From an uncultured archaeon (GTDB lineage Archaea > Asgardarchaeota > Lokiarchaeia > Sigyniarchaeales > SOKP01), in assembly GCA_964388035.1 (NCBI GenBank), contig CAYLZE010000028.1, positions 1-49,801 of the forward strand: a stretch of DNA of 49,801 bases, read 5' to 3'. Shown here in pieces: positions 49,801-49,801 of this stretch. Numbering within the stretch: position 1 is the stretch's first letter; each line of letters starts with the position of its first letter. The notes beneath the pieces were generated by a model. The model did not search any database. It saw only the letters and a program-made list of their open reading frames with translations, and was not told the origin of the DNA. A program made the translations under genes and the position numbers.

Positions 49801-49801
49801 T

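Overview
AT-rich archaeal chromosomal window, most consistent with an Asgard (Lokiarchaeia-like) genome. This assignment is inferred from longin/roadblock proteins, a Rab-like pseudo-GTPase, multiple HdrA/MvhD and URO-D-family genes, and archaeal tRNA-modification enzymes. It holds about 43 protein genes; I found no rRNA, tRNA, CRISPR array or transposase. Main blocks: (1) 1-4465, a 5'-truncated HdrA-MvhD fusion with a probable N-terminal winged-helix tail, coupled to a group 3-type [NiFe]-hydrogenase. Its large subunit has two hallmarks of H2-sensing hydrogenases (Gln for His after the L1 motif, no C-terminal extension), making this the best candidate for an undescribed H2-sensing regulatory system. 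(2) Housekeeping and repair genes (PfpI, PCMT-like, rhomboid, Nth, Trm11-like, Taw2/Trm5). (3) A catabolic/transport region (FGGY kinase, class III aminotransferase, sulfatase, two GPH transporters, PIG-L deacetylase). (4) A corrinoid protein, a Zn-ligand-less MtaA-like protein and longin/roadblock genes forming a putative signalling operon. (5) A canonical HdrA-MvhD-FrhB operon facing an HdrD-like gene. (6) Several eukaryote-like domain candidates (IFT52/GIFT-RHH fusion, C2-like protein, mu-homology/Ig-like protein, pseudo-GTPase). All calls come from motif recognition by eye; no searches were run.
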